From assembly GCA_963733195.1 (NCBI GenBank), contig CAVTCR010000060.1, positions 1 to 64,000 of the forward strand: a stretch of 64,000 nt of DNA. The letters run 5' to 3'. Below the pieces are notes generated by a model. It was not told where the DNA came from. It saw only the letters and a list, made by a program, of their open reading frames with translations, and made no database searches. A program made the translations under genes and the position numbers. This DNA comes from an uncultured delta proteobacterium (GTDB lineage: Bacteria; Desulfobacterota; Binatia; Bin18). This document shows positions 9,215-20,029 of this stretch, one piece after another (position 1 is the stretch's first letter; every line of letters begins with the position of its first letter).

Positions 9215-9543
9215 ATTCAGTAGTTCCTCGTTACAGGAGAAAGACAGCCAGGGAGGCAATAGACATTAATAATCTCGCACTTCACGAGAGTATGCTATCC
9301 CTAGGATCTACAGAAGGTCTTCTGAGAGGCTTAGCCCCTTGCACAAAGGCTGGAAGATATGCGATTTACTGCGGGAATAAAGCCAAACAAATGTAGATTG
9401 ACCAAATTATCAGGAGAATTGTATGCCAAGAGATGCTATCCCCTGTCGAGCACCGCCAAAGTGGAAGAAAAACGCTTACCCATAACCCAATAAAATCTAA
9501 GAACGAGGCCAATAAAGTTCTTAAAAAAGGAGAAAGGTACGAT

Positions 9544-10918
9544 ATGCGCCTGACTAATTGGGGATTGGTGGCACTCACCACCGCAAGCTTAGCAATGTTT
9601 TCTACTGCCAGTGCAGGCTGATATAAATCCTGGCAGCAAACTCAACAAAGCGAACTGCCAAGAGGCAAAAGACCTGCTGCCTGAGCATGTCATGGAGAAG
9701 TTCTGCGCTGGACAGTATGAAGCAGAAATTATCGAAGTGAAAGACGCAGATTTTCAATACAGCACGAAGTTTAAGGCAGGGTCTGAAGCCAACGCTGGCA
9801 AGTATTATGTGACCGACAAGGGCTACATGTACGAAACCGCCACCAAGAGTCTGGCCGCATTTCTGGTATGGTTTTCCCTTCCCAGGTATATTGATGAAGA
9901 AAGATCCTCAAATCGCGCAGCAAGGTCATGTACAACCACCAAGTGGCGCGGTTCCAGGTTGATGACGTGTACTGGTTCCTCGCCATTAAGTGGGCTCGCC
10001 CAAGCGGGTTTGACCGTTCAGTGGAATTTGGTGCGTATGCCCGTTGGAACATTGGTCGTCACTCTGGTCCACCATCTGACAACCCAGACGACTGCTATCT
10101 GAAAGATTTGCTCTTCGGTGTGGCTCCGTACGACGTGGTCGGTGTGTCAAACATGACGTGGTGGCATACTGATCCAGACAAGTGGCAGTCGGTGTGGGCG
10201 TTCGTCCCCACGATTCGTCGCGTACGTCGTCTGACTGCATCGAATTCTTCGGAAGGTATGTTTGGTTCGACCATGGCCCGTGACGATGCGTACGGCTGGG
10301 GCGGTAAGATTCAGTACATGAACTGGAAACTTGATTGGCGTGAAGGACATGCTCGTGCCCATTGCTCCGACGGGTATTGAGAAGGCGATGGTTGCTGGTG
10401 AACCTGCGCCAAAGAAGCTGACGGCTGATCCCAATCATAATTAAAGCAAAGGGACAGATCCCGGCTGGTCAAGTCGCCCGCATTACCTGGTCACCTGAAG
10501 AGAGGGTTATCGCTGGGTATGAGAAAGAAGGGTGGACAGGAGCATGCATTTGCACCAGCGAACTTGAAGCTGGCCAAGCGTCGCTGCTGGGTCGTCGAAG
10601 CAACTCCGAAGGATCCCTACTACGCTTATGGTCGTCGTGTGGTGTACATCGACAAGACTGCATACTGGGCGTATTGGGCAACCCTGTATGATCGTGCTGG
10701 CGAATACTGGAAGACCATTCTGTGGCAAGACAAGATGGCCTATACCCCAGGCCGTGACATGACGACTCGTCATCCGTTCTTCGGTTCGGCTGAGGACGTG
10801 CGCCAGAATATGGCGACCTTCTTCGATGTGCAGTCGAAAGGGTACTACACCGAGTATCAATCTCGGCTTCCCGGATACGACCTTCACCACGACGAACCTG
10901 TCGGCGATGGGTAAGTAA
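9544..10918 (+). CDS. DUF1329 / outer-membrane lipoprotein-sorting-like exported protein (several frameshifts)
   Basis: Signal peptide MRLTNWGLVALTTASLAMFSTASA; WAFVPTIRRVRRLT; CWVVEATPKDPYYAYGRRVVYIDK...YDRAGEYWK. Confidence 0.8.
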
Positions 10919-10945
10919 AGTATCCATAGCGTAGACTTTGCAGCG

Positions 10946-10980
10946 AAAAGGGGCGAGGATTTCCTGCCCTTTTTCTTTTT
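10946..10980 (+). terminator. Rho-independent terminator
   Basis: AAAAGGGGCGAGGA-TT-TCCTGCCCTTTTT followed by a T-rich run, just after the DUF1329 gene. Confidence 0.65.
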
Positions 10981-11080
10981 ATGACCGATCTTTCTGACTT
11001 TTCTCGTTCCCTCTTTTTCTCTCTCGAAACCAAGAAACTTTCCAAAACTCCTGTGGACGTTTCGGCTGTTCTGCTACACA

Positions 11081-11771
11081 ATGACCGTCGGCATGCATGT
11101 CCTGCTTATCGAAGACGAAAGGAAAGTTGCTAGTTTCATCCAGCGCGGGTTGGAAGCCGAACGCTACAGTGTCGATGTCGAGTCCGATGGTGAGGCCGGA
11201 TTTCTCCGCCTATGCGATGGCAAGTATGATTTAGTGATTCTTGACGTGATGTTGCCAAAACGAGACGGGCTTACTGTCCTGCGCAACATCCGCGATCGTC
11301 AGTTAAATGTTCCCGTCTTATTACTCACTGCTCGCGATACGACCGCAGACAAAGTTGCCGGACTTGATCAAGGGGCAGACGACTATCTCACCAAGCCGTT
11401 CGCTTTTGAAGAATTGCTCGCCCGTGTACGTGTCCTGTTACGACGGGGAATACCCACGGCACTGCCACTGTTATCGATTGCGGACTTGCGCCTTGATCTG
11501 GTCACACATCAGGTGACCCGCGCTGGCAAACGGCTTGAACTGACCGCGAAGGAGTTCGCGTTGCTCGAATTTTTCCTCCGTCAGCCCAGGTCGAGTCCTC
11601 AGTCGTGCCCTCATTGCCCAGCATGTGTGGGGAGTCGATTTCGATACCTTCACCAATGTCATCGATGTCTACGTCAATTATTTACGCAGGAAGATTGACT
11701 CGGAATTTGAGCCGAAACTCCTTCATACCGTACGCGGTGCAGGATACATGCTCAAAGTCCCTGACGCGTGA
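11081..11771 (+). CDS. OmpR-family response regulator, CusR/CzcR-like (one frameshift near 11587)
   Basis: [30 protein letters not shown]; the other frame continues [13 protein letters not shown]...[16 protein letters not shown]...LHTVRGAGY. Confidence 0.9.
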
Positions 11772-13192
11772 TGATGCGTATGTGGCCACGTACGATCAGA
11801 GCCCGTTTAACGCTATGGTATACTGCCATCTTCTCCAGCATGCTCGTGTTCTTGGGCATTGCTGCTCTTATCCTGCTTGATCGTGGATTACGAGAGAATA
11901 TTGACGCTTCTCTCCTCTCTGTCGCACGATCGATCGCCGCTTCGATTCGCAGTGCATCGCGACCAGGTCCAGGATTTGATGATCTGGTCGAGTCATTACT
12001 TCCTCCTGGACTCACCAATCGTTACTTTAATCTGCTCGATCCATTTGGGCGACCAGATCCGCGCCTAGTCCCACGGGGTCGCCTACAACTTCCCTTAAGT
12101 CCTCAGGCACTTCACAATGCCGAACAGGGACGAGAGACGTATCAGACGCTCACGGTGCCAGGAGAAGCATCTGCCCCACTACGGATGCTCACCCTCCCGG
12201 TCGTCGAACGTGGTCACATCATTCATCTTGTACAGGTAGCAATGCCGCTTGAGAGTGCCGAAGCCGCACGTTCTCATTTCATCTTCATTCTCCTCGGCCT
12301 TACTCCACTGGCGCTCGGAGGTGCTGCTGTCGGTGGTTGGTTTCTTGCCTGGCGGGCACTTACCCCAGTTGATGCAATGGTCGAAGCTGCACGCAAAATT
12401 GAGGCGGAAGATCTTTCTCGCCGGCTCAAAACCACTGAGAGTCATGACGAATTGGATCGCCTTGCAGCGGTTCTTAACGATATGTTGGCGCGATTAGAAC
12501 GTTCCTTTACTGCCGTCCGTCATTTTAGTGCTGATGCAGCTCATGAGTTACGCACTCCACTCACCATCCTCAAGGGAGAAATAGAGGTTGCGCTTCAATC
12601 TTCACGATCCGAAGACGAGTATCGTCAAATACTCACAAGTTGTCTCGAAGAAGTTGATCGTTTGAGCGCCTTAGTTCAAGACTTACTGTTCCTTGCCCGC
12701 TCCGACAGTGGCAATGTCACTGGCACCGATACTCCGGTCGATCTGTCCGCGGTTTTCACCGAAGTTATCCATCCCCTTCGTGCGCTCGCTGAAACGGCAA
12801 GGGTGAGCATCTCTGCTTCCTCATCTTCCCCGCTATGGGTCAATGGTAATACCTCGATGCTCTTTCGTCTCATCTTTAATCTCGGTGAGAACGCGATCAA
12901 ATATACTCCTGAGGGCGGAACGGTGGGGCTGTGCCTTGTGCAGAACGGATCGACCGCCTTGCTACGAGTACAAGACAATGGTCCCGGTATTTCTCCAGAA
13001 GACCAGGTACGGATCTTTGATCGTTTCTATCGTGGAGACCTGGCACGCAGTCGTGGCGGAACTGGACTGGGATTGGCGCTGGCGCGTTCAATCGTCGCTC
13101 TTCACAAAGGGCAGATTTCCGTTGAAAGCGAAATTGGAAAAGGGACTTGTTTTCGTATTACCTTGCCTCTCATACATCCGCACGTAACCTAA
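11768..13192 (+). CDS. HAMP sensor histidine kinase (heavy-metal sensor-like)
   Basis: Two TM helices, HAMP domain, [31 protein letters not shown]. Confidence 0.93.
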   Translation: MMMRMWPRTIRARLTLWYTAIFSSMLVFLGIAALILLDRGLRENIDASLLSVARSIAASIRSASRPGPGFDDLVESLLPPGLTNRYFNLLDPFGRPDPRLVPRGRLQLPLSPQALHNAEQGRETYQTLTVPGEASAPLRMLTLPVVERGHIIHLVQVAMPLESAEAARSHFIFILLGLTPLALGGAAVGGWFLAWRALTPVDAMVEAARKIEAEDLSRRLKTTESHDELDRLAAVLNDMLARLERSFTAVRHFSADAAHELRTPLTILKGEIEVALQSSRSEDEYRQILTSCLEEVDRLSALVQDLLFLARSDSGNVTGTDTPVDLSAVFTEVIHPLRALAETARVSISASSSSPLWVNGNTSMLFRLIFNLGENAIKYTPEGGTVGLCLVQNGSTALLRVQDNGPGISPEDQVRIFDRFYRGDLARSRGGTGLGLALARSIVALHKGQISVESEIGKGTCFRITLPLIHPHVT

Positions 13193-13254
13193 ACATTTAA
13201 CGTATTCTTCTCGTATCGTTTGTCCCAGGATTCCAGGGGCGCATTGTTGGGAAT

Positions 13255-13292
13255 ATGAGAAACTTCTAATCTTTCTCTCATGTTCTTTTCAT
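13255..13292 (+). promoter_or_regulatory. Putative OmpR/CusR-type response-regulator binding site upstream of the protease gene
   Basis: ATGAGAA-AC-TTCTAAT dyad, then 11-bp-periodic TTCTAAT / CTCTCAT / TTTTCAT. Confidence 0.55.
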
Positions 13293-13361
13293 ATCATCGC
13301 GCTATTTCGTTCGTATATAGAGTATATTATAGAGTAGAGCCCTTAAGGAGAGGAGAACGTC

Positions 13362-14840
13362 ATGCCTATGCGAAAAACAGCTTTTATTGGGACGTTGTCA
13401 GCAGTACTCGCTCTGGGAGGATTCGCCCTGGGGCGTTTTGCTCAACCCGAGCCTGTCCAGGCGCAACCTGCTGAGAGTAATGCGGCAGCGGTGGCTACCC
13501 AATCAGGGCGAGCTTTGCCGTCATTCGCGACGCTTGCTGCTCAAGCCTCCCCGTCAGTGGTGTATATCAAGGTCACTGCGGTCGAAAAAACCATGGAGGA
13601 GGGACCAGGATTTGGTCAAAATCCATTCGGTCCAGGCGCTCCACCTTTTTTTGGTCGCCCCCCGTTTCCTGGACCTCCCCAAGGACGAGGCCGCCGTCAA
13701 GGTTCGGGTTCGGGATTCATCATCCGTAAGGACGGCATAATTATCACCAACAACCATGTCGTAGAAGATGCTAAAGAGATTACTATCACACTGACCGATA
13801 AGCGTGAGTACAAGGCAAAGGTCCTTGGACGAGATCCGAAAACCGACCTGGCAGTCATTAAAGCCGAGGCAACAGGGGATCTCCCGGTCGCGGAATTAGG
13901 CGATTCAGACTCCCTTCAGGTTGGTGACTGGGTGATGGCAATCGGCAACCCGTTCGGCCTTAGCAGTACCGTCACTGCTGGTATTGTCAGTGCGAAGGGA
14001 CGGTCGATTGGTGCTGGGCCGTATGATGATTTCATTCAGACCGACGCGTCGATCAATCCAGGAAACTCTGGTGGTCCACTGTTTAACGATCGTGGAGAAG
14101 TGGTGGGCATCAACAGTGCCATCTTCAGCCAGAATGGTGGTAACATCGGTATCGGGTTCGCGATTCCGATCAACCTTGCCAAGAAACTCGTTCCCGAGTT
14201 AGAAGAGCATGGCAGCATCACGCGGGGTTGGCTTGGCGTTTCGATTCAGAGAATCACGCCCGAACTGGCAAGTTCTCTTGGTCTCACTGAGTCACGCGGA
14301 GCGTTAGTCGCTGATGTCACCGAAGGGAGCCCGGCAGCCAAGGGTGGAGTAGAACGCGGAGATGTCATTGTTGGATTCAACGGCAAGAAGGTCGATGAGT
14401 CTTCTGCTTTGCCTCGCCTCGTTGCCGAAACGGCGGTTGGGAAAATGGTGCCAGTCGAAGTCATGCGGAATGGCAAAAGCAAGACACTAGAGATAACTGT
14501 TGCACGTATGGTGGAAGAGACAGCCGCGGCAGAGAGCTCCCCGGAAGCGGCACAGAAAAGCAAATGGGGACTCGCCCTTCGCGAGTTACGACCTGAAGAA
14601 CGGGAAGAATTGAAACTGAAAGAAGGTGAAGGTGTCATGGTCACGAATGTCCTACCTGACAGCCCTGCCGCCGAAGCCGCTATCCAGGTTGGAGACGTCA
14701 TTGTCGAAGTAAACAGAGTACCAGTCGGTTCTGTTGCGGCCCTCAAAAAAGAAGCTGGAAAGATTGAAGGTGACAAGCCACTCCTCTTACTCCTTCGTCG
14801 GGAGAACAGTAACCGTTATGCTTCATTAGCAGCGAAGTAA
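13362..14840 (+). CDS. DegP/DegQ (Do) serine endopeptidase with two PDZ domains
   Basis: [34 protein letters not shown]; strong RBS. Confidence 0.95.
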   Translation: MPMRKTAFIGTLSAVLALGGFALGRFAQPEPVQAQPAESNAAAVATQSGRALPSFATLAAQASPSVVYIKVTAVEKTMEEGPGFGQNPFGPGAPPFFGRPPFPGPPQGRGRRQGSGSGFIIRKDGIIITNNHVVEDAKEITITLTDKREYKAKVLGRDPKTDLAVIKAEATGDLPVAELGDSDSLQVGDWVMAIGNPFGLSSTVTAGIVSAKGRSIGAGPYDDFIQTDASINPGNSGGPLFNDRGEVVGINSAIFSQNGGNIGIGFAIPINLAKKLVPELEEHGSITRGWLGVSIQRITPELASSLGLTESRGALVADVTEGSPAAKGGVERGDVIVGFNGKKVDESSALPRLVAETAVGKMVPVEVMRNGKSKTLEITVARMVEETAAAESSPEAAQKSKWGLALRELRPEEREELKLKEGEGVMVTNVLPDSPAAEAAIQVGDVIVEVNRVPVGSVAALKKEAGKIEGDKPLLLLLRRENSNRYASLAAK

Positions 14841-14850
14841 GTGGAATTGC

Positions 14851-14879
14851 GTAGAGACGCTCCGCCGGGGCGTCTCTAC
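14851..14879. repeat. REP-like hairpin (GTAG...CTAC)
   Basis: gtagagacgctccgccggggcgtctctac. Confidence 0.7.
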
Positions 14880-14911
14880 AAACACAAGGGTAAAAAGACA
14901 GGGACATCGTC

Positions 14912-15391
14912 ATGCTCCAGCAAAATAACGGTGTTCGCAGAACGACGACCTTTCTGTCCCCCCTTCAACATCACTTGCTCTTCATTCTGTGTATCGTCTC
15001 CCTAGAGGTCCTGGTTGCATTGCCATTACGAGGACAGGCTACGGCAACGGCTGGATGGCCAATCTCCGTCCGTTTCTCTGGGAAGATGTTTCTGACTCCG
15101 ACAGGGGAGAAAGGTCGCCACAACGACCTTCTTCCTTTAGGGATTAATCCTGAGAACATTGTGTATCTGCAGGTTGATGAATTTCATACGACCAGCAAGA
15201 CACGAAGTGAGTTGTCTGTTTTTGCAGATATGCAGAAACACAGACCCGCAGTACAGGTCATTAACGGTGAAGCACTGCGTCCAATCCTGACTGAAGAAAA
15301 CTTCCGTGGCAAGAAAATCGCCGTGCAAGGGTTTTTTTATCAAACGAGTGGGCGTCTGTGGGTCGCGGGAGCGCATGTTGAAAATGAATAA
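14912..15391 (+). CDS. Hypothetical exported/membrane-anchored protein
   Basis: 159-aa ORF with an N-terminal hydrophobic segment; no recognised motif. Confidence 0.55.
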   Translation: MLQQNNGVRRTTTFLSPLQHHLLFILCIVSLEVLVALPLRGQATATAGWPISVRFSGKMFLTPTGEKGRHNDLLPLGINPENIVYLQVDEFHTTSKTRSELSVFADMQKHRPAVQVINGEALRPILTEENFRGKKIAVQGFFYQTSGRLWVAGAHVENE

Positions 15392-15577
15392 GGCAAATTC
15401 CCTCTCCTCTAACTGAGGAATCCGGTTCACGGTGCTTGGCTAAATTGAACCACGTGTACAATTAACAACGTGACCCCTCACTCGTGTCATTCTGAGTAGA
15501 GCGAAGAATCTCTCTTCACTCTTCATTCCGTTGTGGTACAGTGCCGCGCAAAAAATAAGGTAAGGAGGACGACGCTC

Positions 15578-16084
15578 ATGGCAGTCAAACCAGGCTGGGA
15601 AGGACGATTTTACGAGGACTTTGAAATCGGTGATATTTATCGCTGTCGTTTGGGCCGGACAGTAACAGAAAATGATAACATCTGGTTTACTTTGCTGACC
15701 TGCAACACCAATCAAATTCATTTCAATAATGAATACGGGCGACAGACCGAATTCGGTAAGTGCTTGATCAATAGTGCACTCACACTGTCTGTGATCGCGG
15801 GGTTAGGTGTAGCTGATGTCAGTGAGAATGGATTCAATCTCGGTTGGGATAACGTTACATTGCCGAATCCAGTCTTTGCTGGTGATACTCTTTATTCAGA
15901 ATCCGAGGTCTTAGAGAAGCGCGAGTCAAAGTCAAAGCCACAATGGGGCATCGTGAAAGTCAAGACTCGTGGCTACAAGCAGGATGGAACACTCATCTGT
16001 GAATATTCACGTAATGTGATGGTGTGGAAAAAAGCTCACGCACCGAATCGGGATTTGTTTCCAACGCCGAAGATAGCGAAATAA
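15578..16084 (+). CDS. MaoC-family (hotdog) dehydratase
   Basis: GRFYEDFEIGD, RTVTENDNIWF, NTNQIHFN, PVFAGDTLYSESEV; AAGGAGG RBS. Confidence 0.92.
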   Translation: MAVKPGWEGRFYEDFEIGDIYRCRLGRTVTENDNIWFTLLTCNTNQIHFNNEYGRQTEFGKCLINSALTLSVIAGLGVADVSENGFNLGWDNVTLPNPVFAGDTLYSESEVLEKRESKSKPQWGIVKVKTRGYKQDGTLICEYSRNVMVWKKAHAPNRDLFPTPKIAK

Positions 16085-16118
16085 AGTCGCCTTTCGATCA
16101 CTAGTAATTCCATTCATG

Positions 16119-16221
16119 CTTCGACTTCGCTTTCGCTACGCTCAGCACGAACGGGGAGCAACCACAAAATTCCCATATTCCGCTCGCCCTGAGCGTAGCC
16201 GCGACAGCGGCAGAGTCGAAG
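16119..16221. repeat. Intergenic composite inverted-repeat element
   Basis: CTTCGAC...GCTACGCTCAG.ACGAACGG / CCGCTCGCCCTGAGCGTAGC...GTCGAAG arms between convergent genes. Confidence 0.7.
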
Positions 16222-16293
16222 GGGGTACAAAGCTTTACGAATGTTCCTTTTTGAAGAGTAAGGATCAGAGACTCTGCTGTGGTCCTACTTCCC

Positions 16294-16989
16294 CTACCCT
16301 TTATTCTTTCCAACCGGAGCAGGAGCCACATATCTAACTGGTCGCGTGAACGGCGTTCCATGGCGATCTTTCCACGTCACCTGTTCCACTGGCTCACGTG
16401 AGACAGGACCAAACTTCCCCATAGGATAACCGATGGTGATCATTCCATACGTCGTGATCGAATCAGGCAAGCCGAGGATCTTTCGCACTTCATCTTCGTA
16501 TTGGCAGGTCACACCGGTCAAGGTTGCACCAAGACCAAGTGCTCGACAGGCCAGCAAAATATTTTGTACTGCCGGGAAGATGCTACCTCCAAGAAGGCGG
16601 GCAAAGTCTGCCGCGTTGGGACCAGCGAGCCGTTGAGCGTGAATCTTCCGCATGCGTAAACAGGCAAAGAGCATCACCGGCACCTCGGCCATGTGATCAG
16701 ACAGATATCTCGCCGCCCGCATATTCCCGTCCATCGCGGCCCCTGCTTCCAGATAGCGCTTCTCCGCAATATCCCAACCCCGTTGATACACTGCCGCAAT
16801 CTGGCGACGGATGTCCGGGTCGGTCACCACCATGAACCGCCAGGCTTGTACCCCGCCACCACTCGGCGCACGTATTCCTGCATCAAGAATCTGGTAGAGG
16901 ACCTCATCCGGAACTGGGTCCGGCTTCAATCGTCGCATGCTACGGCAAGTATACATAGTGTGAAACAGGTCGGTGTTCGTATCCATCAT
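16294..16989 (-). CDS. Nitroreductase family protein
   Basis: RSMRRLKPDPVP, APSGGGVQAWRF, AVQNILLACRALGLG, ITIGYP. Confidence 0.92.
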   Translation of the reverse strand: MMDTNTDLFHTMYTCRSMRRLKPDPVPDEVLYQILDAGIRAPSGGGVQAWRFMVVTDPDIRRQIAAVYQRGWDIAEKRYLEAGAAMDGNMRAARYLSDHMAEVPVMLFACLRMRKIHAQRLAGPNAADFARLLGGSIFPAVQNILLACRALGLGATLTGVTCQYEDEVRKILGLPDSITTYGMITIGYPMGKFGPVSREPVEQVTWKDRHGTPFTRPVRYVAPAPVGKNKG

Positions 16990-17086
16990 GATTATCGACT
17001 ACTCCTTTTTTGGGTGCGCAAACAATAACCATTCTCGACGAGAAAGAGTAGAGGTGGCACAATCCTCAGTCAAAGGGGTAACGAAG

Positions 17087-17665
17087 ATGACGCAACCCAT
17101 GCTACGTGAGATTAGGGTCGAGGCGGCTACGCCGGCAGCAGTCGCACCGTTCGGGCAACTCCTCGGTGTCAATGAAACTACTCAGCCACTGCCTGTTGGA
17201 TTTTATGACGGCAAAGTGACGGTCTACGCACCGGTTGAATTTAATTCAGATGAAGACACGCAACTCACACTTGCGACGGTCGATCGGCGCGACATGCGCG
17301 TACAGTGGATGGAACGCCACTTCAAACACACGCAAACCTTCATTCCGCTTGAAGGCAAGCCCTTCGTCGTCGTTCTCGCTCCGCCTAATGATAAAGAAAT
17401 ACCAGACCTCGACCAGGTGCGTGCCTTTCTTTTCGATGGAACAAGTGGCTTTACTATGAAGATTGGTACTTGGCACGAATTCCCATTTGCGCTCGTCGAC
17501 CACTCGAATGTCATTGTGATTCTTCGCAAAGAGGCGACACGTAGTCTCATGAAAGACCAGGTTGTTGACGGCGAAGGTCACGGGACCAGATCTCGACAAG
17601 AAGAACTTCGTCAAACGAACCGGAGTAACACTGGAAGTGAAACTGTAATCTTTTACTGTAAATGA
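17087..17665 (+). CDS. Ureidoglycolate lyase-like cupin protein (probable frameshift near the C-terminus)
   Basis: APFGQLL, MERHFKHTQTFIPL, VRAFLFDG, GTWHEFP. Confidence 0.8.
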   Translation: MTQPMLREIRVEAATPAAVAPFGQLLGVNETTQPLPVGFYDGKVTVYAPVEFNSDEDTQLTLATVDRRDMRVQWMERHFKHTQTFIPLEGKPFVVVLAPPNDKEIPDLDQVRAFLFDGTSGFTMKIGTWHEFPFALVDHSNVIVILRKEATRSLMKDQVVDGEGHGTRSRQEELRQTNRSNTGSETVIFYCK

Positions 17666-17777
17666 ATACTCCATTTTTGTGAAAACTGCAGGCGAGTATA
17701 GGGGGTCGGTTCATACGTCGGGCGTCTCTTAGTCGCCACGATGGCCGCCCTCTGAGCAGCTAGGAAGGAAGGACGAC

Positions 17778-18734
17778 ATGAACGAGAGTTTTGAGCACCG
17801 CCCACTCCTCGATCGCGATACACTCCGAGTCCTTCAACAGCGGCAAGCCTTTCCCTCTCTGGTTCGGCTGACACTCCATCTTGGGGCGTTCATAGCACTT
17901 ATACTAATAGTGATATTAACCGCGACAGTTCCAGTCGTGGCATTCCCCTGTACTGTTCTCCTGGCGGCCATCTGGGCAACGCTGTTTGCTCCCTTTCATG
18001 AATGTACCCACCTCACCGCATTTCAGTCGCGACAGCTGAATATCCTGGGTGCTTGGTTGACCGGTATACCCTTTGGCATGGCCCCAGCGTTCTATCGCGC
18101 CTTCCACTTTCAGCATCATCGCTATACACACGATCCAACAAGAGATCCTGAACTTGGTGCTCCCCAACTGAACTCGTGGCCAAGCGATACGGCGGCGTGG
18201 CTCTTCTTGATCTCGGGGATCTGGCTCCTCAAGTTGAAGGTGACTGCATTGGTCAAAGTGTCGCTACGGTCCACAACACAGCAGAGCCCAATAGCGCCCT
18301 GGGCCTCACCCGAGCAAGGACCACGGATCGTGCGGGAAACGCGCGTCGTGGCATTGGTGTGGCTCCTCCTGGTTGTGGCGGCGTGTCTGGGGGTTCCAGG
18401 TATGGGGTGGCTGCTCGCCGCATTACTTCTCTCACACCTCTTCCAAGCCATCTGGCTAACAACCGAGCATACCGGCTTACCACACGAAGGAAGCATCCTG
18501 TCGCGGACACGGACCATGCGAACGCCTGCTTTTATCCGGTGGTGGTTATGGAATATGAACTATCATGCCGAACATCATGCGTGGCCCGCGATCCCGTGGC
18601 ATCAGCTCCCAGCGGTGCACGAACGTATCGTGCAACACTTAGAGCATGTGTCTGATGGATACCTGCGGCTACAGGCCAATGTGCTTCAGCGGCATAACCT
18701 TCCTGATGGTTTACGGTCACAAATCACGACGTAA
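17778..18734 (+). CDS. Membrane fatty-acid desaturase superfamily di-iron enzyme
   Basis: Three His boxes (HECTH, HFQHH, HAEHH) plus TEHTG. Confidence 0.9.
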   Translation: MNESFEHRPLLDRDTLRVLQQRQAFPSLVRLTLHLGAFIALILIVILTATVPVVAFPCTVLLAAIWATLFAPFHECTHLTAFQSRQLNILGAWLTGIPFGMAPAFYRAFHFQHHRYTHDPTRDPELGAPQLNSWPSDTAAWLFLISGIWLLKLKVTALVKVSLRSTTQQSPIAPWASPEQGPRIVRETRVVALVWLLLVVAACLGVPGMGWLLAALLLSHLFQAIWLTTEHTGLPHEGSILSRTRTMRTPAFIRWWLWNMNYHAEHHAWPAIPWHQLPAVHERIVQHLEHVSDGYLRLQANVLQRHNLPDGLRSQITT

Positions 18735-18865
18735 AGTGGATGGACGTGACTATCATCACGCCGCTTACGAAAGCCTTTCCAGCAACGCCTTCGCCTCTTA
18801 TAGGTCCTTCGTATCAACCCTTTTTGTCAAAGGAGGGATAGGAAGGATTTCCCAGCAGAATCACT

Positions 18866-20022
18866 TTAACCAACTCCTAAGCGCTTGAGGTTCGTCTTGG
18901 CGTCGACATTTCCCTGCTTTGCCGCTTTGCTGTACCACTCGATGGCTTGCGGTCGGTCCTTTGGGATTCCACCCATACCGCGGTCATAAAAATCCCCCAG
19001 CGCGTTCTGTGCCCCAGCATGCCCTTGCTCTGCCGCCGCATGGTACCACTTGGCAGCTTGTGACAAATCTTGCGTGATTCCCTTGCCTGTTTCGTACAGG
19101 ACTCCGAAGTTATACTGCGCGATTCTGTTTCCTTGTTCTGCCGCTGCACGGTACCATTTGGCAGCTTGTCTGATGTCCAAGGTTACACCCTGACCATGTT
19201 CGTACAGAATGCCAAGATTAGCCTGAGCAACAGCGTCGCCGGCTTCAGCCGCACGACGATACCACTGTGCAGCTTGGACATCATCATGTGTCACTCCCCT
19301 ACCCTCTTGGTACAGTTGACCTAAGTTGGTCTGGGCGTACACATGGTTTTGTTCAGCCGCTTTCCGATACCACTGCACAGCTTGTGTGTAATCCTGCGTG
19401 ACTCCTTGACCGGTGTGATACATGAGACCAAGGTTGAACTGTCCCCAGGCGTTATCGCGCTTCGCCGCCTTGCGAAACCATGCCACTGCCTCAGTAGGAT
19501 TCTTTTCCACTCCCCAACCCTTTTCGTAAAAGCGACCGATTTCGTTTAGTGCCGCGGCATGTTCTTGTTCTGCAGCCTTGCGCAACCAACGCATCGCCTC
19601 GGCATAATCTTGCACGACACCTTGTCCATTGCCGTACAGAATCGCCAAATCGTACTGCGCTCCAGCATGGCCTTGCTCAGCAGCTTGGCGAAACCACTCC
19701 GCAGCTTTCTGTGCGTCTTGTGAGACTCCCTCACCATGTAAATATTGCTGACCGCGACGATACTGGACCTCAGCCTCTTCTGACTCCGCAGCTATCTCTA
19801 CCTCTGCTTGTGATGTCTCTCTGTCTGCTTCTCCGTCTATAGGAGGCGTGATGTCATCTACTGTCTCCCGTTCATCCTCTCTTGTTTCATCGGATCGGAA
19901 CTCGGTTTGCAATAGTCATCCTCCGGAGGCGCAGTCCACCACACACTGAGAATCATGAACAGCAAAAGCGCGGCTCCGACGAGAAGCCCGTATTGACGTA
20001 GAGATAGCGATCCCAGATTCAT
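18866..20022 (-). CDS. Sel1-like repeat protein with an N-terminal membrane anchor (frameshift near 19915)
   Basis: About eight SEL1 repeats (AQYDLAILYGNGQGV...WLRKAAEQ); the upstream frame from ATG 20022 gives MNLGSLSLRQYGLLVGAALLLFMILSVVW. Confidence 0.88.
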
Positions 20023-20029
20023 AGAAGAA

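Noticed and set aside
16390-16405. parS-like TGGCTCACGTGAGACA in the nitroreductase gene
   Set aside because: Three mismatches to the consensus, isolated and inside a coding sequence; could be chance.
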